NCBI GenBank assembly: GCA_965261055.1
Contig: OZ253440.1
Span: forward strand, 753,639 to 817,638
Source of the DNA: Fibrobacteria bacterium
Lineage (GTDB): Bacteria > Fibrobacterota > Fibrobacteria > UBA11236 > JADFYW01
Direction: 5' to 3'
Length of the DNA: 64,000 nucleotides
The position numbers and the translations under genes are program-made. Positions 20,127 to 30,532 of the stretch are shown here, in pieces. The notes below the pieces were generated by a model that was given only the letters and a program-made list of their open reading frames with translations, did no database searches and was not told the origin of the DNA. Numbering within the stretch: position 1 is the first letter of the stretch; every line of letters begins with the position of its first letter.

Positions 20127-20590
20127 TACGACTATTTTTATTTGGTTCATTCATTATACTGTGTATACAGTGTAATATTTTATCCTTTTCTTCAGATACT
20201 GAATTTTATCGTCGTTATTTATATCAAAATTTATTGGCAGATACGGTTGAGTTAACTGCAATTAGAAATGAAAAACAAATTCGATTTTCTAAAAATATTT
20301 TCATCCCTCCTGCTTCAACAACTCAATTTGATAGTATCACTTTTATTGATGATTTATTTATAGCCAGCGGTATAAAATTTAATATTATTCAATTAAAGAT
20401 TTTTTCTAATCCAATCAAGTGTATTTTGTTTAATTTGGAAGAACAAACCCCAAAACAAATATTTGATTTTCAAAACTATAAAGTACAACAAACAAGCGAA
20501 AGATTTCTTAATTTGAATGTATTTACTTTTACTTATACAATCAATAATGAGTTATTGAGTCAAGTCCCCACTCAGGCTTGTATGAATTAG
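20123..20590 (+). CDS. hypothetical secreted protein
   Basis: It has a hydrophobic N-terminus and overlaps the upstream ORF by 4 nt. It uses a TAG stop. Confidence 0.35.
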   Translation: MIRLFLFGSFIILCIQCNILSFSSDTEFYRRYLYQNLLADTVELTAIRNEKQIRFSKNIFIPPASTTQFDSITFIDDLFIASGIKFNIIQLKIFSNPIKCILFNLEEQTPKQIFDFQNYKVQQTSERFLNLNVFTFTYTINNELLSQVPTQACMN

Positions 20591-20696
20591 ATATGATGTT
20601 CATATATATTTAGTTGTATGTAAAATACTTCGTTGGTTCTAACCAAGAATTACTATATTCTCTAGGATTTAATATTTTAATGAAAAGGAATAAATT

Positions 20697-21056
20697 ATGA
20701 GGTTTTTTTGGTTATCATTAGGAATAGTTTTTCCATTTATAGCGTTACCCTATATAGATAAAATTCGCCCTTCAGAATATATGGAGATTATCTTAATATG
20801 TTTCACTGCGACTATTGAAATTATTTTACTCGGTCTTTGCATTTCTAGATTTTTAAAAGAAGCAAAAAAACAAGCTCACATAGAAAAACTTCAGATTCAG
20901 CACGAACGAGATGAAGATATTAAAAAATGGAGAAAAGAGTTTTTAATAGATGTCATAGGTTTATATGACGCTCAAGATGAGTTTTTTACAAAAGCAAAAA
21001 GTTTCAAGAATAAAATGGATTCGAAAGAAGAATCAGAGAAATCTAAGAATAAATAA
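20697..21056 (+). CDS. hypothetical membrane protein with charged coiled-coil tail
   Basis: It has two predicted transmembrane helices followed by a K/E-rich C-terminus. Confidence 0.35.
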   Translation: MRFFWLSLGIVFPFIALPYIDKIRPSEYMEIILICFTATIEIILLGLCISRFLKEAKKQAHIEKLQIQHERDEDIKKWRKEFLIDVIGLYDAQDEFFTKAKSFKNKMDSKEESEKSKNK

Positions 21057-21530
21057 AATCTCATTTAATAAATGTGTAAAACAACGAAAATAAATTTTTC
21101 CAATTGTCTAAAAGAGGGTATCAAAACTTAACTTTTAGCATGCATGATTGGATTATAGAATACAGAAAAATATCTCTTACTATAGTAATTGTATTAGGTT
21201 TTAGTCTTATTAAAATTATCCCTCTAGATTCTTTAATTGATTGATTCAACCTATACCTAACAACAACAGACCAACTAAAAACAAACTTAACCATACTAAT
21301 TTTATCCTTACCAATTACTTTTCTATTATGGTTCTTTCCGTACCCATTATGTTAAAGAACAAATTAAAGAATCTAAAACATCTTACTATGTAACCTAAAT
21401 TACACTACTCTAGGGATAAATTTTGTTTTTGTGTATATTTACCGCTGTATAAGAACTTATCTAATACCCTATATTAATTTCAGATACTAGATAATTTTAC
21501 ACTACTGTCGAAAAGAAGGATTTTAAAATA

Positions 21531-22574
21531 ATGATTAAAAAAGCTCAATAAAATATTAGGATTAAAAAAAGAAGATTTTGCTTATTTCGTTAGAGACGAA
21601 CAAATATCTTTACAAGAAACTCAACTTATTCCTACCCTAAAAACAGATGATAAGATAGCTTTAAAATCTATACTCCTTTCAGAATTAAGATTAATAAAAG
21701 AATTTAGACATACTATTTTTTCTGATTTAAAATTAACCATTTCTTTACTGAAATATCTTTCCCCAAAATTGAAAACTCTAGAGTAGATAGTTTCATTATT
21801 ATTGTTAAAAGTGAAGTTATAAAAGAAGCTGTATTTTTAGAAATGAAAAACAAAAACCATAGTATTGATAAAGATCAAATAGAGCGATACCTGAGTTTAT
21901 CAAAAAGATTAAATATCAAAACTTTAGTTACAGTTTCAAATTAGTTCGTATCTAATCCTTCTGAATCCCCTATCAACACAAAAGTTCTCAAAAGTATCTT
22001 TTTATTTCATTTTTCATGGACTTTTTTAGTTACACAAGCTCAACTTCTTCTATTTAGAATAGATACAAATATTGAAGATTCCAACCAAATAGAAATCATG
22101 AAAAAGATTGTTAAATATATGGGAAATTCTGCTTCAGGTGTAACTGGTTATACTCAAATGAACTCAAGTTGGAAAAACCTTACAAATAACATTAAAGCTC
22201 TAATTTCTATTAAAATATCTGATAAATATATATTAAACTCTGTTACAAGGTTGGTACAAGTAATAAAAAATATGACTTTATTTCTTAGCCGTAAGTTAGG
22301 TTTAATTGTAAAGTATTCTCTAAAAAAGAAAAACAATATTAAAAATGATATTAAAAACATTTGCAACCATAATTATATAACAGGTTCTTTTTCTGTTAAA
22401 AATTCTGTATCGGATATAAAAGTAAAAGTAGACTTTAAAAATCAAGTAGTCATAATAGCTATAAAGATAAAACCATCTTTAAATAGAAGAACTTTAGGTA
22501 AAATTTATTGGATTAATAAACAATTAATAAATTGTGAAAAAAAAGAAAGTAAACTGTTTTCTGCTCTTAAGTAA
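21531..22574 (+). pseudogene. decayed gene for a PD-(D/E)XK nuclease-fold protein (RecB-like D..EMK..QxxxY signature)
   Basis: MIKKAQ* is followed in the +1 frame by KLNKILGLKKEDFAYFVRDEQ...KLKTLE*. A +1 shift then gives VDSFIIIVKSEVIKEAVFLEMKNKNHSIDKDQIERYLS...VTVSN. An in-frame TAG follows, then FVSNPSESP... continues into the track ORF 22098..22574. It lies in an AT-rich island. Confidence 0.4.
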
Positions 22575-23120
22575 AAAATATAGTTGGAAGCTAAAATATC
22601 AAATTTACTAGAGAAAGTATTAAAATATTAAAATTAATTTATCTAAAATTGAATAATTACAAGAACTAACTAAAAATAAAGAAATTATAAGTTTTAATAT
22701 TATTCTAATAGAAGATTTCAGCTCAAATTTTAGTAGCTTTAAAAAATTTGTATTGTTAATTGAAAAAATGATATTAGAATATCCTATTAAACAATAGTAC
22801 AACATGTATCTAATTTGGAAGCACCTCCACCTAAATTAATCCAGACCAAATAAAACATAGAATAAAATTCTTCTAATATTTTAGCAGAGATTTAGAAAGA
22901 TAATGAAACTAATAATATAAACCATATTATACTTTAAAAACTATTAACTAAGAGTAAAATAAATGAAAAACAACAAAGTTTTATAACTGTATTATAAAAT
23001 ACAGAACAACCTCTCTTTTAATTTCTGCAATGTTAAGCATTTTGATAGATTATTTGTTGTTTTTCGCTTTGGAATGGATTTCATATCAGAAGATAAAGAG
23101 ATCTCTTAAAAACAATTTTA

Positions 23121-23504
23121 ATGATGTTAGATTTATCTTTATCTACAATTTTTATCTTATGGTTATTCCCTACCTACGATATGAAAAAACAAATCCAAAA
23201 CTCTGAAATCAATAATCATTTTAATAACTTTGCCAATGCTATCAAATTATTAACTGATGAAAGTGAACGTTCTAAAATTATTGGATTCAAGTTATTAGTG
23301 ACACTTAGACACCAAGGTTTATATAAAGATGAAATTGATATAGCCACAGAAAGGATTAACTTACAAAGAGCTAACTTACAAGAAATTTATAACAAACTAA
23401 TTTCACAGGAGCTGATTTATAAAGTGCTAAATACAACAAAAACACTAAATTTCCAAAAGACTTTTAACCCAAAACAACGCGAAATGGTAAAAGTTGATGA
23501 GTGA
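23121..23504 (+). CDS. hypothetical protein
   Basis: This is an ORF only, with no recognisable motif. Confidence 0.3.
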   Translation: MMLDLSLSTIFILWLFPTYDMKKQIQNSEINNHFNNFANAIKLLTDESERSKIIGFKLLVTLRHQGLYKDEIDIATERINLQRANLQEIYNKLISQELIYKVLNTTKTLNFQKTFNPKQREMVKVDE

Positions 23505-23701
23505 TATCAAAAGCACTTTAGAAGCAAATAATGTAATATAGTCTAAATTCTCCCCACGGACTAAACCCTAGGATACACTTTAAAATCAAAACATTATTAT
23601 TAATATCTTAATAAAATAATATACACATGTTTGATTCTTTAATTTTTAAGTATAAATAAATTATATTTATACCTAGGTATATTCAACAATAAGGCAATTA
23701 T

Positions 23702-25345
23702 ATGATTAAAACTTCCGATCTTTTCGTTAAATCTCTTGAAAAAGAAGGTGTTGAATATATTTTTGGTATTCCCGGAGAAGAAAATTTAGATTTTCTTGAA
23801 TCCCTTAGAACATCTAAAATTAAACTGATTTTAACCCGTCACGAACAAGGTGCTGGTTTTATGGCAGCCACTTACGGTCGTTTAACAGGAAAACCTGGGG
23901 TTTGTCTTGCTACCTTAGGACCAGGTGCTACAAATTTCGTAACGCCTGCTGCTTATGCACAACTAGGTGCTATGCCAATGCTTATGATTACAGGACAAAA
24001 ACCTGTTAAAAAAAGTAAACAAGGGCGTTTCCAAATCGTAGATATTATTGACATGATGAGGCCTCTTACAAAATATACCCGACAAATTATCAATGGAAAC
24101 AATATTCCTTCTTCAGTCAGAGAAGCTTTTAGAATAGCGGTTGAAGAAAGACCTGGTTCTGTTCATATTGAACTTCCAGAAGACATTGCCGCTGAAATGG
24201 CTGATGAACGTTATTTTGAAATCGTTACAGACCGTCGTTCCGAACCACACCCTCAAGCAATTTCTCAAGCAATTGAAATGATTACAGCAGCTAAAATGCC
24301 TTTACTATTGATAGGAGCTGGAGCTAATCGTAAACGAGCGACAACAGCTCTTACCGATTTTGTTAATAAAACAGGTATTCCTTTTTTTAATACTCAAATG
24401 GGAAAAGGTGTTATTGATGAAAGACATCCATTGTTCTTAGGAACAGCAGCTCTTTCTTCAAATGATTTTCTTCACAATGCAATTGACAAAGCCGATCTCA
24501 TCATTAATGTCGGCCATGATGTCATAGAAAAACCTCCATTTTTTATGGAAGAAGATGGCAAAAAAGTAATCCACATTAATTTCTTTACATCTCAAATTGA
24601 TGAAGTTTACTTTCCTCAGTTGAATATTATTGGTGATATTGCAAGTACAATTTCTAAACTAACCAAAAATATTACACCAGCTTCTCATTGGAATTTCAAC
24701 TATTTTAAAAGAGTTAAAGCTGATGTAACTCAGCATCTAGAAAAATACATTGAAGATAATCGTTTCCCAGTATTACCTCAACGACTGATTCATATTTTGC
24801 GCCAATTTCTTCCTGATGATGGTGTTATTACTCTAGATAACGGTATTTATAAAGTATGGTTTGCACGAAATTATAAATGTCACCAACCAAATACACTCTT
24901 GCTTGATAATGCTCTAGCAACAATGGGAGCAGGACTTTCTTCTGGAATGGCTGTAAAATTAATACAACCTGAATGCAAGGTTATTTCTGTCTGCGGAGAC
25001 GGTGGTTTTATGATGAATTCACAAGAATTAGAAACAGCTGTACGTCTTAAACTTAACATGGTTGTCATTATTTTAAATGATAATTCTTATGGTATGATTA
25101 AATGGAAACAAAAAGGTATGGGCTTTGACAACTTTGGTTTAGATTATAAAAACCCAAATTTTGTCATGTATGCTCAAAGTTATGGAGCCATTGGTCATCG
25201 ACCAACAAGCTGTGAAGATTTGAAATCTACCTTACAAAAATGCCTTAATACTGATGGTGTTCATCTGATTGATTTACATGTAGACTATTCTTTGAATCAT
25301 TCCATTTTAAATGTTTTACTTAAAGAAAAAGCGAGTTTAGAATAA
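23702..25345 (+). CDS. thiamine-pyrophosphate enzyme of the acetolactate-synthase/2-oxoacid-decarboxylase family
   Basis: The TPP_enzyme N, M and C domain order is present, with GDGGFMMNSQELETA (GDG-x-N TPP-binding motif). It is 547 aa. Confidence 0.8.
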   Translation: MIKTSDLFVKSLEKEGVEYIFGIPGEENLDFLESLRTSKIKLILTRHEQGAGFMAATYGRLTGKPGVCLATLGPGATNFVTPAAYAQLGAMPMLMITGQKPVKKSKQGRFQIVDIIDMMRPLTKYTRQIINGNNIPSSVREAFRIAVEERPGSVHIELPEDIAAEMADERYFEIVTDRRSEPHPQAISQAIEMITAAKMPLLLIGAGANRKRATTALTDFVNKTGIPFFNTQMGKGVIDERHPLFLGTAALSSNDFLHNAIDKADLIINVGHDVIEKPPFFMEEDGKKVIHINFFTSQIDEVYFPQLNIIGDIASTISKLTKNITPASHWNFNYFKRVKADVTQHLEKYIEDNRFPVLPQRLIHILRQFLPDDGVITLDNGIYKVWFARNYKCHQPNTLLLDNALATMGAGLSSGMAVKLIQPECKVISVCGDGGFMMNSQELETAVRLKLNMVVIILNDNSYGMIKWKQKGMGFDNFGLDYKNPNFVMYAQSYGAIGHRPTSCEDLKSTLQKCLNTDGVHLIDLHVDYSLNHSILNVLLKEKASLE

Positions 25346-25346
25346 G

Positions 25347-26735
25347 ATGACAACAACGATCAAAGTTTTTAATCCTTATAATCAACAATTAATTAAAGAA
25401 ATTCCAAACCTTTCCCAAGAGCAAGCTCTTGAGAAATTAGAGAAAGCCCATCAACTTTATCTTGATAAAAGTAAATCAATTCCTAAATACAAGCGTATTG
25501 AGATTTTAGAAAAAATTTCTCAGATTATGCTCACAAGAAGGGAATCTTTAATTAAGACAGCAACACAAGAAGGAGGAAAACCTTGGAAAGATTCGGAAGT
25601 TGAAGTTGACCGAGCCATCCAAAGCGTAAAAGTTGCTCTTTACCACCTACATAGCGTCGGTGGTCAAGAAATTCCAATGGGTTTAACAAGCAGTTCTGAT
25701 AACCGTACAGCTCTAACAATTAAAGAACCTATCGGTGTTGTCCTCTCCATTAGTGCATTTAATCATCCATTAAATTTGGCTGTACATCAAGTCATTCCAG
25801 CAATTGCTGCGGGATGTCCTGTTTTAATTAAGCCAGCTAATTTAACACCCCTCTCTACTCTTGAACTTATTAAAATTTGTCATGAGGCAGGACTCTCTTC
25901 TGATTTTTGCGATGCAATTCCTTGTGACAGAAATACTGCTGAAAGACTCGTTCAAGACTCTAGAGTTCACTTCTTATCTTTTATTGGTTCCGCCAAAGTT
26001 GGCTGGTATTTACGCTCAAAGCTTTCAGCTGGAGCTCACTGTACACTGGAACATGGTGGTGTTGCTCCTGTTATTGTTGACCAAACGATTAATTTACAAG
26101 AAATAATCCCCCCTCTAGCCAAAGGAGCCTTTTATCATGCTGGCCAAGTTTGTGTTTCTGTACAACGCATCTACGCTCCTAAAAACATTGCAAAAACACT
26201 TGCCGAAGAATTAGCCAAAACCGCTAGAAAATTAGTCGTTGGCGATTCATTGGACCCCAAAACGGATGTTGGTCCTCTAATTACTCCTAAAGAAGTTGCT
26301 AGAGTTCATGAATGGGTTCAAGAAAGTCAAGGAGAAATTCTTTGTGGTGGAAAACCTTTAGGAAAAACAACCTTTGCTCCTACCGTTATTTTTAACCCAT
26401 CAACGACTTCAAAAGCATCAACACAAGAAATATTTGGTCCTGTAGTTTGTGTATATAGCTATGAAAACCTTGAGGAAGCATACCAACAATCGAACTCTAT
26501 ACCTTTTTCTTTTCAAGCAGCGGTCTTTACAAATGATTATAATACGGCCATGGAAGCATCTCATCGATTAAAAGCGATGGCAGTTATAGTTAATGATCAT
26601 TCTGCATTTAGAGTAGACTGGATGCCTTTTGGTGGTCATGAACAATCTGGAATTGGCGTTGGAGGTATTCCTCAAACAATAGATGAACTTTTATTAGATA
26701 AATTAATTGTATTTAATACAAAGCCTATACATTAA
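25347..26735 (+). CDS. NAD(P)-dependent aldehyde dehydrogenase
   Basis: The aldedh family pattern is present, including catalytic LEHGGVAP-type and GQVCVS Cys motifs. It starts 1 nt after the upstream gene. Confidence 0.85.
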   Translation: MTTTIKVFNPYNQQLIKEIPNLSQEQALEKLEKAHQLYLDKSKSIPKYKRIEILEKISQIMLTRRESLIKTATQEGGKPWKDSEVEVDRAIQSVKVALYHLHSVGGQEIPMGLTSSSDNRTALTIKEPIGVVLSISAFNHPLNLAVHQVIPAIAAGCPVLIKPANLTPLSTLELIKICHEAGLSSDFCDAIPCDRNTAERLVQDSRVHFLSFIGSAKVGWYLRSKLSAGAHCTLEHGGVAPVIVDQTINLQEIIPPLAKGAFYHAGQVCVSVQRIYAPKNIAKTLAEELAKTARKLVVGDSLDPKTDVGPLITPKEVARVHEWVQESQGEILCGGKPLGKTTFAPTVIFNPSTTSKASTQEIFGPVVCVYSYENLEEAYQQSNSIPFSFQAAVFTNDYNTAMEASHRLKAMAVIVNDHSAFRVDWMPFGGHEQSGIGVGGIPQTIDELLLDKLIVFNTKPIH

Positions 26736-26741
26736 ATCAAT

Positions 26742-27566
26742 ATGCAGAAGGCACAACTGAAATACATTGTAGTCTTTCTGCTTTTGACTATTAACTATTC
26801 GTTTAGTAAAGATCAAGTCTTCCATCACTATGCTCACCTAGGACATTACCCTACGGCCATTCCTGTTAAAAAATTCCACCTAGAAAACCGTATCTACATT
26901 ACACCAGGAGGTGCTGTTACTCTTTCTGTTAATTATGGTCTAGGCAGTTTTTTCTCATTTGGAGGTGTTTGGGGTGTTGACTCCTTAATTAGCTCTCAAG
27001 ATGTTGACTATTCTTATCCACAATTTACCTTCAAATACACTCTGTTCTTTGAAGATACTTATATCCCTGCTCTTAGTATTGGATACGATGATGTAGGTCG
27101 ACAAAATTTATTTGTAGGAAATACACAAAACGACTATTTTAAATCTAGAGGTCTTTATTTAGCTATTTCAAAATACTTCTTTTTTCTCCGTCGTCCCCTT
27201 TCTTTCTCAGGTGGAATCAATTATAGTTGGATTGATAATAAAACAGAAAATTATGAGAACCAACTTTCAAATAATGACTCTCGTCACGGTAAAAACGATG
27301 TCTTTAGTGGCTACCTTTCCTCTGACTTTATTGTCTCTAATATTTTTTCTTTTTATGGTATTTACGACCTAGCTCTTGATGATAACCTAAATCGAAATCC
27401 TTTGAAAGGATTCCTTAATTTAGCCATTAGACTTCATATAGGAGACATTACCCTAAACTTAGAATGGCAAGACATATTAAGAAATAAAAGAATTTATTCT
27501 AATAACATACCCAAGAAACAAAGGTTTCGTAGAGAGGTTCAAATTATTTACCTTAAAAACATCTAA
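26742..27566 (+). CDS. hypothetical secreted/outer-membrane protein
   Basis: It has a signal peptide and an aromatic-rich, beta-strand-like composition. Confidence 0.4.
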   Translation: MQKAQLKYIVVFLLLTINYSFSKDQVFHHYAHLGHYPTAIPVKKFHLENRIYITPGGAVTLSVNYGLGSFFSFGGVWGVDSLISSQDVDYSYPQFTFKYTLFFEDTYIPALSIGYDDVGRQNLFVGNTQNDYFKSRGLYLAISKYFFFLRRPLSFSGGINYSWIDNKTENYENQLSNNDSRHGKNDVFSGYLSSDFIVSNIFSFYGIYDLALDDNLNRNPLKGFLNLAIRLHIGDITLNLEWQDILRNKRIYSNNIPKKQRFRREVQIIYLKNI

Positions 27567-27569
27567 AAT

Positions 27570-27998
27570 ATGAAAGGTCTTTTTCATCTAGCCATTCCAG
27601 CTTACGATCTTATTTCTTCTAGAGATTTTTATACATTCTTTTTAAATTCTAAGGTTGGGAGAGAAAATAAAAGTGCCATTATACTAGACTTTTTTAATCA
27701 CCAAATTGTTTTACACAAATCCGTAGAACTTCCAACCAAACCTTCTACAATTTACCCTCACCATTCTGGTTTTATTTTTGAAACTTTTCAAGAATGGAAA
27801 TCTTTATTAAATTCTCTTAAGCAAAAAGAAGCACCGTTCTATCAAACTGAAAAATGTAGGCATTTAAACAAGTCAACAGAACATCATACTTTTTTTCTAC
27901 AAGATCCAAGTTATAATCTTTTAGAATTTAAATTTTATAAACAACATGAAGCTATTTTTGGATTTACAAAAGAATTTAGTATTGGAGATATTAAGTAG
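27570..27998 (+). CDS. VOC (glyoxalase/bleomycin-resistance/dioxygenase) family protein
   Basis: MKGLFHLAIPAYDLISSRDFY... HQIVLHK shows the typical VOC fold signature. It is 142 aa. Confidence 0.5.
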   Translation: MKGLFHLAIPAYDLISSRDFYTFFLNSKVGRENKSAIILDFFNHQIVLHKSVELPTKPSTIYPHHSGFIFETFQEWKSLLNSLKQKEAPFYQTEKCRHLNKSTEHHTFFLQDPSYNLLEFKFYKQHEAIFGFTKEFSIGDIK

Positions 27999-28147
27999 AA
28001 ATTTGTATCCAAACATACCTTCGCTTAATTTATTCACGAAATGATTAATTAAAAATGTATGAAAAAAAAAGTGTATGAAAATCATCCACAAAGAATATTA
28101 GAATATTAATTAAGACTAATTTTGTTCAATTAAATTTAAAACAAAAA

Positions 28148-28185
28148 AAGGCTCTAACAAAAGTTAGAGCCTTTTAATAGCTTCA
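28148..28185. terminator. bidirectional rho-independent terminator
   Basis: aaaaaaaGGCTCTAACaaaagTTAGAGCCtttt forms a 9-bp perfect stem with an A-run on one side and a T-run on the other. It lies just 3' of the minus-strand OMP gene and downstream of the plus-strand operon ending at 27998. Confidence 0.6.
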
Positions 28186-28192
28186 GAAAGAA

Positions 28193-29284
28193 TTAAAACG
28201 CCGCAGCAAATTCTACATTCAAGAAATACTTATCAGCAAAAGATGTTTCGATATTCTCTTTACCAACATCTCCAAAATTAAACCCTAAACGAGGAATAAT
28301 TTCAACATTTTCAGATGCTATAATATGCACTGCAGGTACAAAACTAAATACAGTATTATCGCTGTATAATTTATGATATTCTAAGTGAGGAACTAAATTA
28401 AGATTTTCAGAAAGCTTAATAACCGAAGATAAAACAACAAATGTCTTTTCTGGTAAATAATTATAAGTAATAGTATCTAAAGTATTTAAATTAAATACAG
28501 CTCCAATTGCAAATTTTTCAGAAAAATCTATAGACACTCCACTTGTCACAGAAAAATATTTTGCTTTATTGTATTCACGACCACCACCGATATCAACATT
28601 TAATTTTAATACACCTAACTCTAAGTTAGCTGTTCCTCCAAGATGATAATCTATTGATTTGTCTTCTTTTATAGTAGAATCTTGAGTATCTCCAGCAAGA
28701 GCAACATCTGCCATAGGATTTAAAACTAATGATCCAACTTGAAATTCATAACTCACATAAGTTGCCAATTTAGGACTGACAGAAGCGTCGCTTACAAGAC
28801 GATTTGGAGCATCCGTAATTCCAGTATAAACACTTAGACCTTCTACATAATCAAAACCAAATCCTCTGATAAATGTTTCTGGTATAACTGTTGAGTAGCT
28901 AGATGTACGATCGTAACGATAGTAATTATAAGCACCACCTTGATAAACAAGATCGATAAGATACCAATCCCAATTTATATTGCTCCAACTAATGGTAACA
29001 CCATCAAAAGCAACATCTCCCCAACGATCTTGTGGCAATGCTCCACCAAAAGGCGTTGCACCCGTTATAATTGTAGTATAAACTTGTACAGATAGAGCAT
29101 CATTAATTGCGACATCAAAAGTTAGATCTATCTCTTGATTCGTTTCGTAACTAGCATCTTTACCAATATCGCTGGTAGTAAGACCAACATCCGCATTAAC
29201 GAGAGCCGAATAATCTAACTCCACGGCCTGTACAGATACAAATGCTATCAGGGTTATAAATGCTAGTAAATTTATTTTTTTCAT
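28193..29284 (-). CDS. outer-membrane beta-barrel protein (porin-like), hypothetical
   Basis: It has a signal peptide, amphipathic beta-strand periodicity and a C-terminal EFAAAF. Confidence 0.5.
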   Translation of the reverse strand: MKKINLLAFITLIAFVSVQAVELDYSALVNADVGLTTSDIGKDASYETNQEIDLTFDVAINDALSVQVYTTIITGATPFGGALPQDRWGDVAFDGVTISWSNINWDWYLIDLVYQGGAYNYYRYDRTSSYSTVIPETFIRGFGFDYVEGLSVYTGITDAPNRLVSDASVSPKLATYVSYEFQVGSLVLNPMADVALAGDTQDSTIKEDKSIDYHLGGTANLELGVLKLNVDIGGGREYNKAKYFSVTSGVSIDFSEKFAIGAVFNLNTLDTITYNYLPEKTFVVLSSVIKLSENLNLVPHLEYHKLYSDNTVFSFVPAVHIIASENVEIIPRLGFNFGDVGKENIETSFADKYFLNVEFAAAF

Positions 29285-29406
29285 ATTTAGTTTCCTTTGG
29301 TTTTAGTTTGAATTACTTATTTTCTATATAAAAACTCTACATAATTACATTAAATAAAAATAACCTGACTGAAATATAGAAAATTTACCCTACCATAAAA
29401 CAAAAA

Positions 29407-30531
29407 ATGTTTAATATTATTTTAGCCCCTAATGCATTCAAAGAATCTTTAACAGCAAAACAAGCCATCAAAGTCATGACCAAAGCTTTGCTTAAGGTTG
29501 ATTCTAAGCATAAAATACAAGCCTATTGTCTATCGGATGGGGGAGATGGTTTCTTAAAATCTATTGAAAGTAATGATACAGGACATTATGAAAAGAAAGA
29601 ATTTTTATGTTTAAATGCAATTGGAGAAAGTATTTTAACCCCTTACTTAGTTCTTAATTCTGATACCGTAGTCATTGAAACAGCTCAAATCATAGGCTTA
29701 CAAAGTTTAAAAAAAAATCAAAGATTTCCATTGGATGCTTCTTCTTATGGTATAGGTCAAATAATTAAACACGCTCTAGATCGAGGCATTCGAAGATTTA
29801 TTATTGGTTTAGGTGGTAGTGCAACAAATGATGGTGGAACGGGTCTTGCTCAAGCTTTAGGAATGCGTTTCTTTAAAGAAGATCAGGAACTTCCTTTTAG
29901 AAAATCTCCTTTACCTCATTTCACATCTGTTAAAACAGATGCATTTGATTCTAGAATAGCAGAATGTGATTTTAAAATTATCTGTGATGTTCACAATCCA
30001 TTATTAGGTGATAATGGAGCTATTAAAGTTTTTTCAACTCAAAAAGGTGCGAACCTAGAACAACAACAAATTTTAGAAAACCAAATGACATTATGGGCAA
30101 ACCAATCTTTTGTTCAAAGTCAAACAGAGGGGGCTGGTGCAGCCGGTGGCTTAGGTTTTTTCTTTAAAAATTATACTAAATCATCTATGTTATCAGGATC
30201 CAAGTGGATGCTAAAATATTTTAAAATAAAGAAACCTATTTTAAATGCAGATTTAGTTATCACAACTGAAGGAAAATTAGATTCTCAATCAACTGAAGGC
30301 AAGCTAGTTGATGCATTAGCAAAAGAATGTAAACAATCTCAAACTACTCTAGTCGCCTTAGTTGGCAATCTTGAAGAAGGTTGGGAGATCCTTCAAGATA
30401 AAGGATTGACTGCTGCTTTTTCTATTTTACCACATCCAGCAAGTCTATCAGAATCTATAGAGAATACAGCACTGTGGTTAGAGAAATCAACAGAGCAAGT
30501 TTATAGACTGTTTAAAAGCTCTCGCACTTAA
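29407..30531 (+). CDS. glxK: glycerate kinase
   Basis: MFNIILAPNAFKESLTA at the N-terminus and GGGATNDGGTG match the glycerate kinase family pattern. Confidence 0.75.
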   Translation: MFNIILAPNAFKESLTAKQAIKVMTKALLKVDSKHKIQAYCLSDGGDGFLKSIESNDTGHYEKKEFLCLNAIGESILTPYLVLNSDTVVIETAQIIGLQSLKKNQRFPLDASSYGIGQIIKHALDRGIRRFIIGLGGSATNDGGTGLAQALGMRFFKEDQELPFRKSPLPHFTSVKTDAFDSRIAECDFKIICDVHNPLLGDNGAIKVFSTQKGANLEQQQILENQMTLWANQSFVQSQTEGAGAAGGLGFFFKNYTKSSMLSGSKWMLKYFKIKKPILNADLVITTEGKLDSQSTEGKLVDALAKECKQSQTTLVALVGNLEEGWEILQDKGLTAAFSILPHPASLSESIENTALWLEKSTEQVYRLFKSSRT

Positions 30532-30532
30532 T

